A stretch of DNA of 58,570 nt, from contig MU271190.1 in NCBI GenBank assembly GCA_021432655.1, positions 139,866 to 198,435 on the forward strand, in the 5' to 3' direction. The translations under genes and the position numbers were made by a program. This document shows, piece after piece, positions 26,819 to 37,306 of the stretch. This DNA comes from Atractiella rhizophila. Lineage: Eukaryota. Below the pieces are notes generated by a model, which saw nothing but the letters and a program-made list of their open reading frames with translations, was not told the origin of the DNA and did not search any database. The first letter of the stretch is position 1, and the number at the start of each line of letters is the position of its first letter.

Positions 26819-27617
26819 TCAATGTGTTCCTATCTCTTCCTCAAGCCACCCTCCAAAGAATAGTTGAACTTTCAAACGGCATCCTCTAGTTGTTTTCATA
26901 TTTTCACTTTCATCCGCCATATCCACCTCCTTTCTCACCCCCCTGTCCCCAAAGAACCAGAAGATGAAATCTGAGAATACGAACCCTGTGAATTCCCAGT
27001 CCACCATACAGTACCGAACATCTATGGTTTCTATCGCTTTCGCATTTGTGAGGGTGTGGAAGAGATGGGGGGAAACGAGGTTTGAAGTTTCCTCACCACC
27101 GTCGAGGTAGAGCGTGGTGAGATGTTTGAGGTGTGATAGGTCGAGTGGAGTGGGTAGGATGGAGATCTTTCCATCCGGCGAGTAGGGGGCGAATGTGATA
27201 TCGAGATATTCTAGAAGAGGCGGCAGACAGGAGCCTGAGACAGAGGGAGGGAGGGGACACAGGTTGGAGAGAATCAGCTGTGTGAGGGTCGGTGGGAGGG
27301 AGAGCGATTGGAGAGGCGGGTATGCATGAAGCTCTAGTTCTTTGGGGTCCGATGATAATTGAAGGCCTGGTGATGTCGACGAGGCAGAGTCCTCCACATC
27401 GTAAGCACGAAAGATTCTGATCCTGTCACCCATCCTCCGCACAAAATTCTCAACCTCATCCTTCTTCCACTTTCTCAAACCTTGCCCATTAAATGTTATG
27501 TAATCCAACTTCATTAAGCCTTCAATCGCATCCAACACAATCTTCGCTTCCTCTTCATTCCAAAATGCGTTCATGACCACCTTCGTAACATTTGGCGAGC
27601 CAGCGATGACGTCTTTC
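26819..27617 (-). pseudogene. F-box/LRR-like copy 4, LRR half only (5'-truncated)
   Basis: Homology to the other copies begins abruptly at KDVIAGSPNVT (27617). The N-terminal domain and F-box are absent. A ~10-nt deletion near 26832 shifts the last codons (EEEIGTH*). Confidence 0.85.
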
Positions 27618-27662
27618 CTAGCTAGACCACCCCCTTTTTTCAGCATCATCCTGCAATCATAG
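27617..27662 (+). repeat. Left terminal inverted repeat
   Basis: CCTAGCTAGACCACCCCCTTTTTTCAGCATCATCCTGCAATCATAG, matching the reverse complement of 33134-33179. Confidence 0.75.
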
Positions 27663-29040
27663 CCATCCCTCACATAATGATTGTCTCCAACGCCAACCTT
27701 GAGAATGGTTCTGCAACCCTGAAAAATCCCGACTTGAGTGCTGGCGGTTGGGAAGCAATTGGCATCGCATTTTGAAACTGTGGGTGACGCATTGCACAAT
27801 CGTTGCGAATGCATCCCCATTTTGAGGAGTTGCCAATGGTTTTGACAGCGTTGGGACCGCATTTCCCAACTGTTGCTAGAACATTGGGAAATGTGGAAAC
27901 ATTTCAATAATGGACAACTATCTGTCAAGATTGCTGCAACGGTTGGACAGTGGTCGGACGGTTATGCTTGAGGCGTATTTGGGTCTGGGACAGCATGAAG
28001 TGACATGGTTCGTCAATTTTCTATTATTAAGGCCCATTTTGTGTGCGTTCCCTTCACATTCCTTCTCATTTATTGCAGCTTGCTAATTCTTTGGCAGCCC
28101 AGGGCAGAACTGCACATCATGCTTACTATCCTAACAACTGGCCAAACTTCCCGGAAACCTTCAGAACAGTGTGCTTCCCATCGTCCCCAACGAAGATGCG
28201 CGAGAGGCCTTCCAATCTCTCATAGGCTACTACGCTTCGAGATCGTCCGACCTGCGCACGGACTGGGAAAGCATCCTTGAAGACTGTAGAGCATGGGCTG
28301 TCGGTGCCTTGGGTCTTGAGCAAGCACCTGAGCTATCTCATGAAATTCTTGCAGAAGCTTGGCATGAGAGGTTCTGGTGGTGGAAGATCGTCCAATGGAT
28401 ACTCGTCTCGAATCTAAGAGTGGATTTGGACGTGGAGACAATTTGGAGGACAGCGCAGTGGATACGGTAGCAGGGACGGGCAGCAGCGTGGGGGGTACGG
28501 AAATCGTGGGAAAGGAGGATACGCACAGGTTGGATTCGGTGGTAGAGCAGGGTTTGGGCAGCAGCGTGGATATGGGAGACGAGAGGGACATGGGCAGTCC
28601 CTGTTCGAGTAAACAAAATGGGTCCGATGAAAGTCACGACTATCTCTCAGCGTACGTTAAATTGACGTTGACAGTATAGATTAAACCCCACTCTCACGCA
28701 CTTTTCATAGATGTCTTTAATGCATCATGCTCTTCGTCATTCGATGGATATTTATTCGTTAATGGTTCGCCCATCTTCCGGGAGCTGTATCATACACCTT
28801 ACTCAGGCTGCAAATGGTCGCAAACATAATAATCAATCCCTTCAACGAGACTTCTGCTCATGAATGTCGCACAGTAAATAAATAAGCAAGAACACAAATG
28901 CCATTTTTTTTGCAGAACGTTGAAGTTCTTACTATACAAAAAGTTGACGTTTCATTGTTCATCCAACTCCTACACCGACTGAAAGCCTTGCAACCACAAT
29001 TTTCTACATTTGAACGAAATCCACGGTGAATCTACTGCTT

Positions 29041-30029
29041 CTACTCATGTCTGGTCAAAGTGGACGAATCCTATTCTTATGGTCAACAATAGTCCCTCGA
29101 AGAAGCCAGACGATACTCACAGGAATTCCAGGAAGCGGGAAATAGATTGCAAAAGCCTCGACTTCCTCCTTCAATTCCCTAATCATCCTTGTTCCATCTC
29201 CGTTCCCTTCAGCGGTCTTCAAGAAGTCCTTTAACAACTTGCTCTTTCCCGTTTCCTTCTGTACAGTTTCCGCAATCTTGACCACCCGAATCAAGAACTC
29301 GGCAACCTTCTCCATATCCTTCTCCTTGATGCTCCCGCTTGTCAAACGGTTGCTTCCGATCCTAACCCTCCAGGAGTCTGAGCCGACTTGTCACCAGCGA
29401 CGGCATTCTTGTTCAGCGTGATGTGGACGAGATCGCAAAGCTTTTCGAACGTGGAGCCGGTGATACCGAGAGGACAAAGGTCCCAAAGGATGAGGTGATT
29501 GTCAGATCCGTCTCTCTGGAGCTTGTAGCCTTGAGCGGTGAGAGTGTTGCCCAACACGTTCGTGTTCTTGATGATCTGCTAGGCATATTCTCGGAACCCT
29601 GGTGTTGAAGCTTGACGAAGAGCGACGGCGACAGCAGCGATGGTCTGTCATCCGCGTTAATCGAGGGAAACAAATGAGAGGTGATCTCACGTTGTTGTGA
29701 GGACTTCATTGGCAAGCAGGGAACACAGCTTCGTTAACACAGCGCTCGATTTCAGGATCCTTGTCCTTCCGGAAGAAGATCAAACCAGCTCTCGGACCCC
29801 TCAGAGTCTCGCAATATTAACAAACATATCAGACACTCCTGAAGGAAGACTTACGTGGTAGTGCAGGCAACGTCACAGTACTGGAAGGGGCCATGACGAG
29901 ACCGGAAATATGTGCCCTATCGCTCAAGAGGTACACACTTTCGCTGTCATCGATCTTCCTCAACCGTTCGTGCTCCCAATCACGAGGATAAGCTGATGCT
30001 CCACAGATGATCACTCGAAGTTTAAATAG
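29041..30029 (-). pseudogene. Serine hydroxymethyltransferase fragment (C-terminal ~60%), degenerate, introns retained
   Basis: Motifs [73 protein letters not shown]. Stops at ~29707 and ~29580 plus frameshifts. The N-terminus is missing. Confidence 0.93.
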
Positions 30030-30879
30030 ACCGCCAAAGAGTCCATTCATACTTATGAACGACTGCCACCATACAGATCCAAGTCCACAGTAAGTTTAGG
30101 ACTCTCCTTCAACCACTCCATGCAAGCAAATAGCAAGAACTTACCTGATGCCTGCATTCCCTCGTCCACTCCCTCGCTAGTTGACAAACCTGCATAGTTG
30201 CTGTTGCTGCTTAGGCCTGAGAAAGTAGGCGGTAAGAGATATGATGTCATATTCAAACGACGAGGAACCAAATAAGGTGGAAACGACAAACTCAACAATT
30301 CCTCACCTTTCGCCTTTCCTACGCGTGTCAAACTTCTTCTGTTGCTTTAGGGATATAGCGAGTGGGTTTTAGGACGATTTTTTTCACTTTGAACGCGCTT
30401 TTTACTCCGGATCACCAAAGTTTCACTTTTGGGGGACTGTTTTTTCGACGCGTTTTTTTCGACAATTTTGAGTATTTCGACTTCGGTCCGACTTCTATGG
30501 GGAGAGGAATAATCCTTATGTTATGTGGGAATTTTTTTTTTTGGTTATTGGAGGTGGAATTGGGCAAAGAAAGTGCGTTTTTCGGTCCTAAATTAGCGAA
30601 GGGAGGGTGGCGTGGAGACTTCGACAGAGCATTGATTTGTGTCCAAGTGTCGCGTCAATTCGCTGCGTTGAGCAACATTGAATCCAGGAGAACTGTTCTG
30701 CTGCCAAAAACGCGCCACTTTCCAGTTAAGAGCTTGGAACTGAGGACTTACAATTTTTCGAACTACTTCCCGCTCTCTGACCTCCTCAGGCTTCTGACTT
30801 TGCATTATGTATGGTTAGTGACACGCTTCAACTGACCTTCTCCATGCTCATTTAATCTTGATGGATCGTCTGGACGACA

Positions 30880-32600
30880 TGGTCACCCGTCTCCCGTGAC
30901 GAGCGAAGGAACGCCGCGGTCGAGGAATCCGAGCGCCAAAAGAGTCACAGTCGTTGGACTTGATGAACGGAATTCTATTGTGGAAGTACCTTCGGGTGAG
31001 GCCTTGGCGGAGGGTGAATCGCTGGATCAAGAGTTCGAGCAGCTTATGGTATGTATTCCATCTTCGATCCACATCGCGTTATCTCATGCTTCCGCTACAG
31101 GATACATTGGGCATTAAAGGACCCCAATGAATGGCCATGCGACAACTTAGCCCGGAGAGGAAACGATTCTTGATACATTCTCAAAGCAAACTACAACACC
31201 AAGGTTCATCGTCAGTGTCCAAACCAACATCAGAACACTCCACCTCGTCGGCACAACCAACAACCATTTCAAACGCCTCTCCCTCGTGACCATCGGCTGG
31301 TCAAGTACGGACAGCCCGCCTCTCCCTTCCGCTGAAGCGGGCACTTCATCTCCTGTCGTGGAGACACCTACTGCAAGCTCCATTCGCCCAATCAGTCCTG
31401 TTGCTGCCCAAACTTCAACGGCACCAAGCTCCCTTTGGTCATCTTGGTGGACTGGCTCCGCGCCAGCCCTCACAATACTGGAAAAGATGCGGAGGAAAAT
31501 GCGCAAGATACGCCTGCTTTCTATGTGAAGCAGCTATCGTCTGGGTATATATTGTGCTCACCTTGGTTTAAGCATACCTCTGATCATGTAATTATAGAAA
31601 AATCTCACAACACAGCCTAGTCAAGCATCTCATCGCTTCGTGTCCGGCTGTCGACGGCGCAGCTCTCCTGGACCAAGAGATTTCTTGAAGATGAGAAGTG
31701 CCTGGACGCTTTTGATTCGCTTTTGGAGAAAATCACGGGTAAAAGCACGTCCAAGTGAGCCCGTTGTCATAGTTCTGCCTTTGTCTGACAACACGTTAAG
31801 GAAGGAAGAGCTGACAGATCTGGACGAGACTGTTCAAATCGAATGCATCAAGTGTTTAAGGGTTCTGATGAACACGGAGGTAACGGTTCTTTTAATAGGC
31901 TGTGTTTTATCTCACCGCATTTCAGGTTGGATTTGACACTGTCGTCGTTCATCCCACCTTGTACATTGCCTCCTCGCTTTTCACTAAATCCAACAAGCTA
32001 AGAACATTAGTTGCCGGCGTCCTAGCCGCCCGCCCTTTGTGTTCTTTCCCTGAATGATGGCCATCGATCTGTCATGTCCACTCTTTCAGATTTCCGCGTT
32101 GCACGTCTCAAAGCTGGAGAATGACCTCCATGCATTGATAATATACCTGGGGGAGGATCCTAGTTCAGTCAAACCTGAGGATATCTTCGCCACTGTTTCC
32201 TCTTTCGCCGCTTCCATGCAGGTTCGTCCACTCAGCACGACGAACTTTCTTTCCTTGATCTGCTAAGCCTTTCCACTGGTACCCGTTTGAAAATCTTGTC
32301 TATCAATGACTTAGGTTCACTCCACACGACGGCCTAGATCAATATCTCAACCAATTTCGCTTGCCTCTTTCTCGTTCAATGGGTTATCTGATCTTCCAAG
32401 AAGAGAACCGGCCTTAATACCTTGAGAGAACATTATCTGAGACTCGATCTGTAGAACGAACTAACCATGTTTGTCTTTAGGCAGCGCAATGAGCAATGAG
32501 GAGTACGAGATCAAGCGACGAAAGACGGGAACTTCGTATGGTGCAACTTGAACGGGAGAGGAAGAACGAGGACGAGGGAAGGTGAGGAGTGAAGGCGAAG
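30880..32600 (+). pseudogene. Formin fragment: GTPase-binding (GBD) region fused to FH2 tail, degenerate
   Basis: LDQEFEQLM/DTLGIKG, LRVRLSTAQLSW, QIECIKCLRVLMNTE and LRTLVAGVLAA are diaphanous GBD-like. At ~32100 the sequence jumps to LIIYLGEDPSSVKPEDIFATVSSFAASM (FH2 end). Stops, frameshifts and GT-AG introns are present. End points are approximate. Confidence 0.8.
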
Positions 32601-33133
32601 GCGAACAAGTGGGGAGAGGAGTAGGAGCGAGGGATCAGCGATTAGGATCAGGGGAAGGGGGTGGGAAGAATGAAGCTGGATGGCGAAGGAGGGGAAGAGA
32701 TGGTGCTTGAAGGCCGTGGTACCTTATACTGTATGCAATGATTTGTCTGGTTATTCCGATAACGAACGAGACCTTAACCTGCTAAATAGACCCTTAGGGA
32801 ATCTACTTTGAAGATGGTGTTGCAATTATACTCTAATGCTTAACAAACACCAGACCGCTCGTTACACAATCATGACACAACGCGTCCGCAACGCTTCCAA
32901 AACGACCACCACACCATTCACCAATCAATCCAAAATAATTCTCCAATACTGCCCAAACGCTCCTCCCACGGCCGTCCAACGTCTCCCCAACGCGTCCACA
33001 AGCCTCCAGCAATCGTCCTCAAACGCTCCAACAACGAGCGCCGAATATCCCTCCAACGCCACGAAACCATTATCGCGGGGACATATTTTCGTGGTGCGAA
33101 CATTGTTGGAATTGTGGACGGTTTGTACGTCCC

Positions 33134-33179
33134 CTATACTTGCACGACGATTCCGAAAAAGGGGGGTGGTCTGGCTAGG
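33134..33179 (-). repeat. Right terminal inverted repeat
   Basis: Reverse complement reads CCTAGCCAGACCACCCCCCTTTTTCGGAATCGTCGTGCAAGTATAG. Confidence 0.75.
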
Positions 33180-33578
33180 TAGTATTCCAGCAGATGTTGT
33201 GGTGATTCACAAACTTGCTACAAACTGGAATATTAGGGACACGTCACACTTTTTGTTTCTTGGGCTGGGGAGGGAGGAGAGGAAGCGTGTCTTGAGAGAG
33301 GCTAGGAGGACTTATCATCTTGCATGTATCGTAGCTCGCATCAGCACTCCCTCTCTCACCCCACGCATTCGAATCCCTCTGTCGCGGTCATGAAGGAGGA
33401 TGAAAGGAAAGAAGAGGGAGGTAGGAGTGAGGTGGATAAAGACTCGGATGAGGAGATGGACGGAGCTGAGGACAGGGAGAGGAAGAGGATAGAAAAGGAG
33501 AGGATAGAGGAAGAGAGGAGGCTGGTGAGAGAGATGGGAGAGAAGGTCATCCGCGTGCTCAACGAGATCAAGGAGTAG
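33180..33578 (+). pseudogene. Possible 3' remnant of an unknown gene with a charged (E/R/K-rich) C-terminus
   Basis: Coding-like frames end ...EEERRLVREMGEKVIRVLNEIKE*. No matching 5' part is seen inside the right inverted repeat. Confidence 0.3.
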
Positions 33579-34034
33579 TGGTCAGTCTTCCTATGTCATT
33601 TCATTCGCGACTATCGACAGTCCGTTGACGGTTGTTCCCAGTACTCACTGAACGTCCACGATCCGTTGTGGAACGGAGAATGATCCATCGCCATCATCAT
33701 GTGTATACATTCGAGGGTATGTACCGTACCGATCGCCTTGAACTCACGAACTGAGAAACGATTCGTCACTTTGTAGAGTACCGAATTCACTCGAAATGGT
33801 GGATTGAAAATGTATAATCACATCGAGACATCGAGGGTACTTTGCACTCTTTCTCTATGACTGAACCAGGCCAAGCATCTAAGACGCACAGAAGTGGAAG
33901 CAGTGAATAACCATGCAGCAGATGGTAGACGTAAATGTAGACTGACTGAGGAAGAAGATGGATCGGGTATGATGGGTATATACTAAGCTTGAACGAAAGG
34001 AAAATCAAAAAGAAAGACGCCACACTTCACCCCA

Positions 34035-37000
34035 TCACTCATTGTACTTCTCCTGCAAGCAAAAAACATCAAATCAGCCTCTATCCTCCGAACAGAGAGC
34101 AGGACAGCAATCAGAGGGGAGAGAGGAAGAAAAAACCCACCTTATGGATCCAACTCAAGCCAAAAGTCTGCGCTCCTTGAGCCACAGCCATCCGATAATA
34201 CCTCGCCGCCTTCTTCTTGTCCACCTTCGTCCCCTTCCCGTTCGCGTAACAGTATCCGGTCTGTTGTTGCGCGTCTGGGTCCCCGAGCGTCGCTGCGAGC
34301 TCGTAATAACTTAACGCCTGTGGATCGAATGAATTGTGTTTGTTAGGGTGTGCAATAAGGTAAGGAGGAAGACGGACCATCTTTTTGTCTTTTGGGACGC
34401 CCCATCCGAAAAAGAAAGAGTTGCCCATCTCGTGCAAACTCAACACCAGCTCGCTCTACTCGTCACACCACATCAGAAATGCTGGTCAACAACCCTGCAA
34501 GTGTGCAAGAGCAAGAGCAAAAAGGGATAGGACGGACCTTGGCGGCCTTTGCCTCCTTCTCGACGTCGCTCAAACCCCCATAGCCCTTCATGAGCGCGTC
34601 CAAATCCTCCGTGCTCCCCTCCGCCGCCTTCTGGATCCACTTGAACCCGAGCTCCTGGTTGATCTGCACTCCCCAGCCATGTCTCAACGACAGTCCCCAC
34701 ATCATCATCCCCGCCCCACACCCTCCCTCGACCTTTGCGCTCCTCTCGAAGCACCAGGCGGCGCGAGAGAGTTCGCCGGATTCGTGGTAGTCGATTCCGA
34801 CTTGTAGGAAGTCGTCTGCCGTCTGCGGGTTCGTCTTATTCACGCTTCGGCGCTTGTCTGTCCTCGAGGCGGATTTCAGCTTCGTGAAGGAGACATTGTT
34901 CCCCGCCCCTCCTCCTCCTCCTCCTCCTCCGTTGGGAACTTGCAGAGTGGAAGCTCCGGCGGGTTGTGAGGAAAGTCTATCGCGCGATGGTTGGCGAGAA
35001 GGGCCGCCGCCGTTATTGACGGAAGGGGAAGGGAGGTCATAAAAGGAGTAATCGGAATACAAGCTGTTCCTTCCCTCCTCCTCCTGCCTCCTCCTTCCCT
35101 CCACCGCGTTCCCATTGAAGCCGGTAGCCTTGAAATGTTCGTCGAGCGCATCGACCGCGCTCTGTTTCCTCACCTCCACTCTTCCCGTCACAGGATCCCT
35201 CGCACGCTCATACCCATCTCTACTCCTCCTCTCCCTCTCCGCCTCCTCCCTCTCCCTCCTCCTCTCCCTCTCCAAAATGCCCTCTCCCTCCGCCTCCGCA
35301 TCCAAATGCAACTCTCCCGTCCCCCCACCATCGATCGGCACGCTCGCGCTCAGATCGGGTGGGAACTCGGGCAGAGGCACCTTCTCCAGCTCATGGTGAT
35401 GGAACGACTCCTCGCTCTTCCTCCTCCCCATCCTAAACCTGCTCCCATCGCTCGCCGCGCTGTCCGCACGCCGCCGCTGCTTCCTCAACTTCCCGCTCCC
35501 GCTGCTCAACTTCCTCTCTCTGTCGCCCCGCCCCCACCTCCTCCACCTACGCCTACGCCGGAGGCAGTGGCGTCGGACCCGTCCGATAGGGTGCGCTCGT
35601 GTCCTGGGCTGTCGTTGGATGGAGGGAGAGGCGGAGGAACGATGGGACGGGAGAAGTTTTGCGAGGTGATGGTTGACGAACGCGCTCTTCCGCCCGTAGA
35701 GCCGTTGGAGAAGGTGGACGATTGCCTCGACATTCCGGGAGCCATTTGTCCGGCGGAAGCTTTGAGACTGGACGTGGAAGCGCGATTGTTGAGCGTCGGA
35801 GCTGCCAGGGCTCCCTATTCCCATGTACCATGCAGGTCGTCAATCAGCTCTGTCATTCTTACACATGTAATAGCTTGGACGAGCACATACCATCCCCTCG
35901 AACGCCCTCCCTGATCGAGGAGGACGCGGCGGCTTCTCGTGCTTCCCTTTCTCGACGATGATGCTGTCCCTCTCCATGTTCCTGAGCATGAGCGAATCCG
36001 CCTCGCTCGGTGGTGCGGGGGGGACGTAGACGGGTTCGGTGGGGAAGATGGGGTCGTAGGAGGAGCCGGCGAATGCGAGGGAGAGGGTGGAGGCGGATGA
36101 GATCCTGTGGGGTTGAGGATGGGGCTGTTGTTGGTCGGAAGAGGGATAGCGCTGCTGGGCGTGTTGCTGTTGGTGATGGTGTTGGGGTTGTTCGTGCGAA
36201 GGAGGGTAGCGTTGGGGTTGGGTTCCTGTGCCGGTGAAGGATGAGGAGGAGGTGTAGGATTGGGAGGACATCCTTTTCGGAGGTTGGTACGGCGAGGGTT
36301 CGACGGAAGAAGACATGCGTTGCGGGTGGGATTGCCAGTCGGAGCTGATGGTCGTGCTGGAGAAGGACGATTTGAGGACTGGCCGTTGTTCGGCCGTCAA
36401 ACTCGAAGCTGACCCTCCCATCGCGGAAGGAGGATACGAAGAATCGAAATATCCCCTGGTCCCCATCCCCATCGCTCCGACTCCGAAGCCGCCAAGAGAG
36501 GAAAGGATGGTTTCTTCCTCCATGTCCCCTCCGCCCGGCTGCTCCAAATCAGAAATGATGGAAAACGTAACCGAATCCCTCATCCCTCCTCCTCCTCTGT
36601 CCGCACCTCCATCCCCGTTCTCGTACGTATCACCATCCCCCGTCGCAGTAGTGCGCACAGAGTCGTAGCTCATGCGCTTGAACGCATTGCCCAGCCCGAG
36701 CGTGTTCCTCTTCCCCAACTCGTCCTCATCCTCCACCTCTCCCCTCCCTCTCATCCCCACCGCCGCCGGCTCATCCCTGCCCTTCCCCTCCCTCGTGTCG
36801 CCCAACTGCCCGAAATGGACACGGGCGTTGCCGGGCACAGGCGGCGCCTCGTGCGCATCCTGGAACGTATTCTTCCTGCTGCCCGACTTGGACTTGGTGC
36901 TCGCCTTCCGGCTCTGCCGCGCAAGCTGGTCCAGCGGCGAGAGCGGGACGATGGCCGGAGAGGAGGCGCTGGGGGAGAGGAAGGCGGACGTCGGCGTGGG

Positions 37001-37063
37001 AGAGGGCGAGGGCGAGAGGTTGGTGGTGGTGAGCGGCGGGAGGAGGGTGCGTGGAGACGTCAT
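34035..37063 (-). CDS. Sel1-repeat protein (Nif1/Dsf2-like) with a long disordered N-terminus
   Basis: Sel1 motifs WGLSLRHGWGV, MGNSFFFGWGVPKD, TGYCYANGKGTKVDKKKAARYY. GT-AG introns; last exon EKYNE* ends at 34035. One apparent -1 frameshift in the run at 35526-35529. Confidence 0.85.
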
Positions 37064-37115
37064 GCCTGCTCAGGGCGCATGTAGTGGGATATAGTAGGAT
37101 ATAGCTGAAAGGAGT

Positions 37116-37306
37116 GTGGCGCAACGGTGCTGAAGACTGCTGAAGACGGGGACTCTGGAAGATCGTCGCTTCGTTTGGGCAGCAGCTGCGGTTGCATCTA
37201 TTTGTCTCCAAGTGGCGCAACGGTGCTGAAGACTGCTGAAGACGGGGACTCTGGAAGATCGTCGCTTCGTTTGGGCAGCAGCTGCGGTTGCATCTATTTG
37301 TCTCCA
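37116..37306. repeat. Perfect tandem duplication, 2 x 95 bp (96-bp period)
   Basis: GTGGCGCAACGG...TTTGTCTCCA starts at 37116 and again at 37212. Confidence 0.95.

Larger units (their letters stand above)
1..27617. repeat. Degenerate tandem segmental-duplication array, ~4 units of 7-9 kb, each with an F-box/LRR-like paralog
   Basis: Paralog 3' ends fall at 3414, 10668, 17727 and ~26750-26820. Non-coding blocks recur, e.g. 1-830 ~ 14490-15310 ~ 21210-21900; 1150-2070 ~ 15400-16490 ~ 24760-25520; 9600-10650 ~ 16540-17720 ~ 25630-26760; 5210-5950 ~ 12480-13480 ~ 19550-20290. Block boundaries are approximate. Confidence 0.92.
27617..33179. mobile_element. Putative non-autonomous inverted-repeat-bounded element carrying host gene fragments
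   Basis: 46-bp terminal inverted repeats match at 38/46 positions without gaps. The left end coincides with the truncation of F-box copy 4. The interior holds decayed SHMT and formin pieces. No TSD and no transposase seen. Confidence 0.55.

Noticed and set aside
33150..33178. Helitron 3' end (CTAG)
   Set aside because: No GC-rich subterminal hairpin and no A|T insertion context; the sequence is better explained as one of a pair of inverted repeats.
34991..35914. 307-aa plus-strand ORF and other long overlapping ORFs
   Set aside because: Antisense shadow of the GC-rich Sel1 gene; the same applies to antisense ORFs over the F-box, ARP5 and hydrolase genes.
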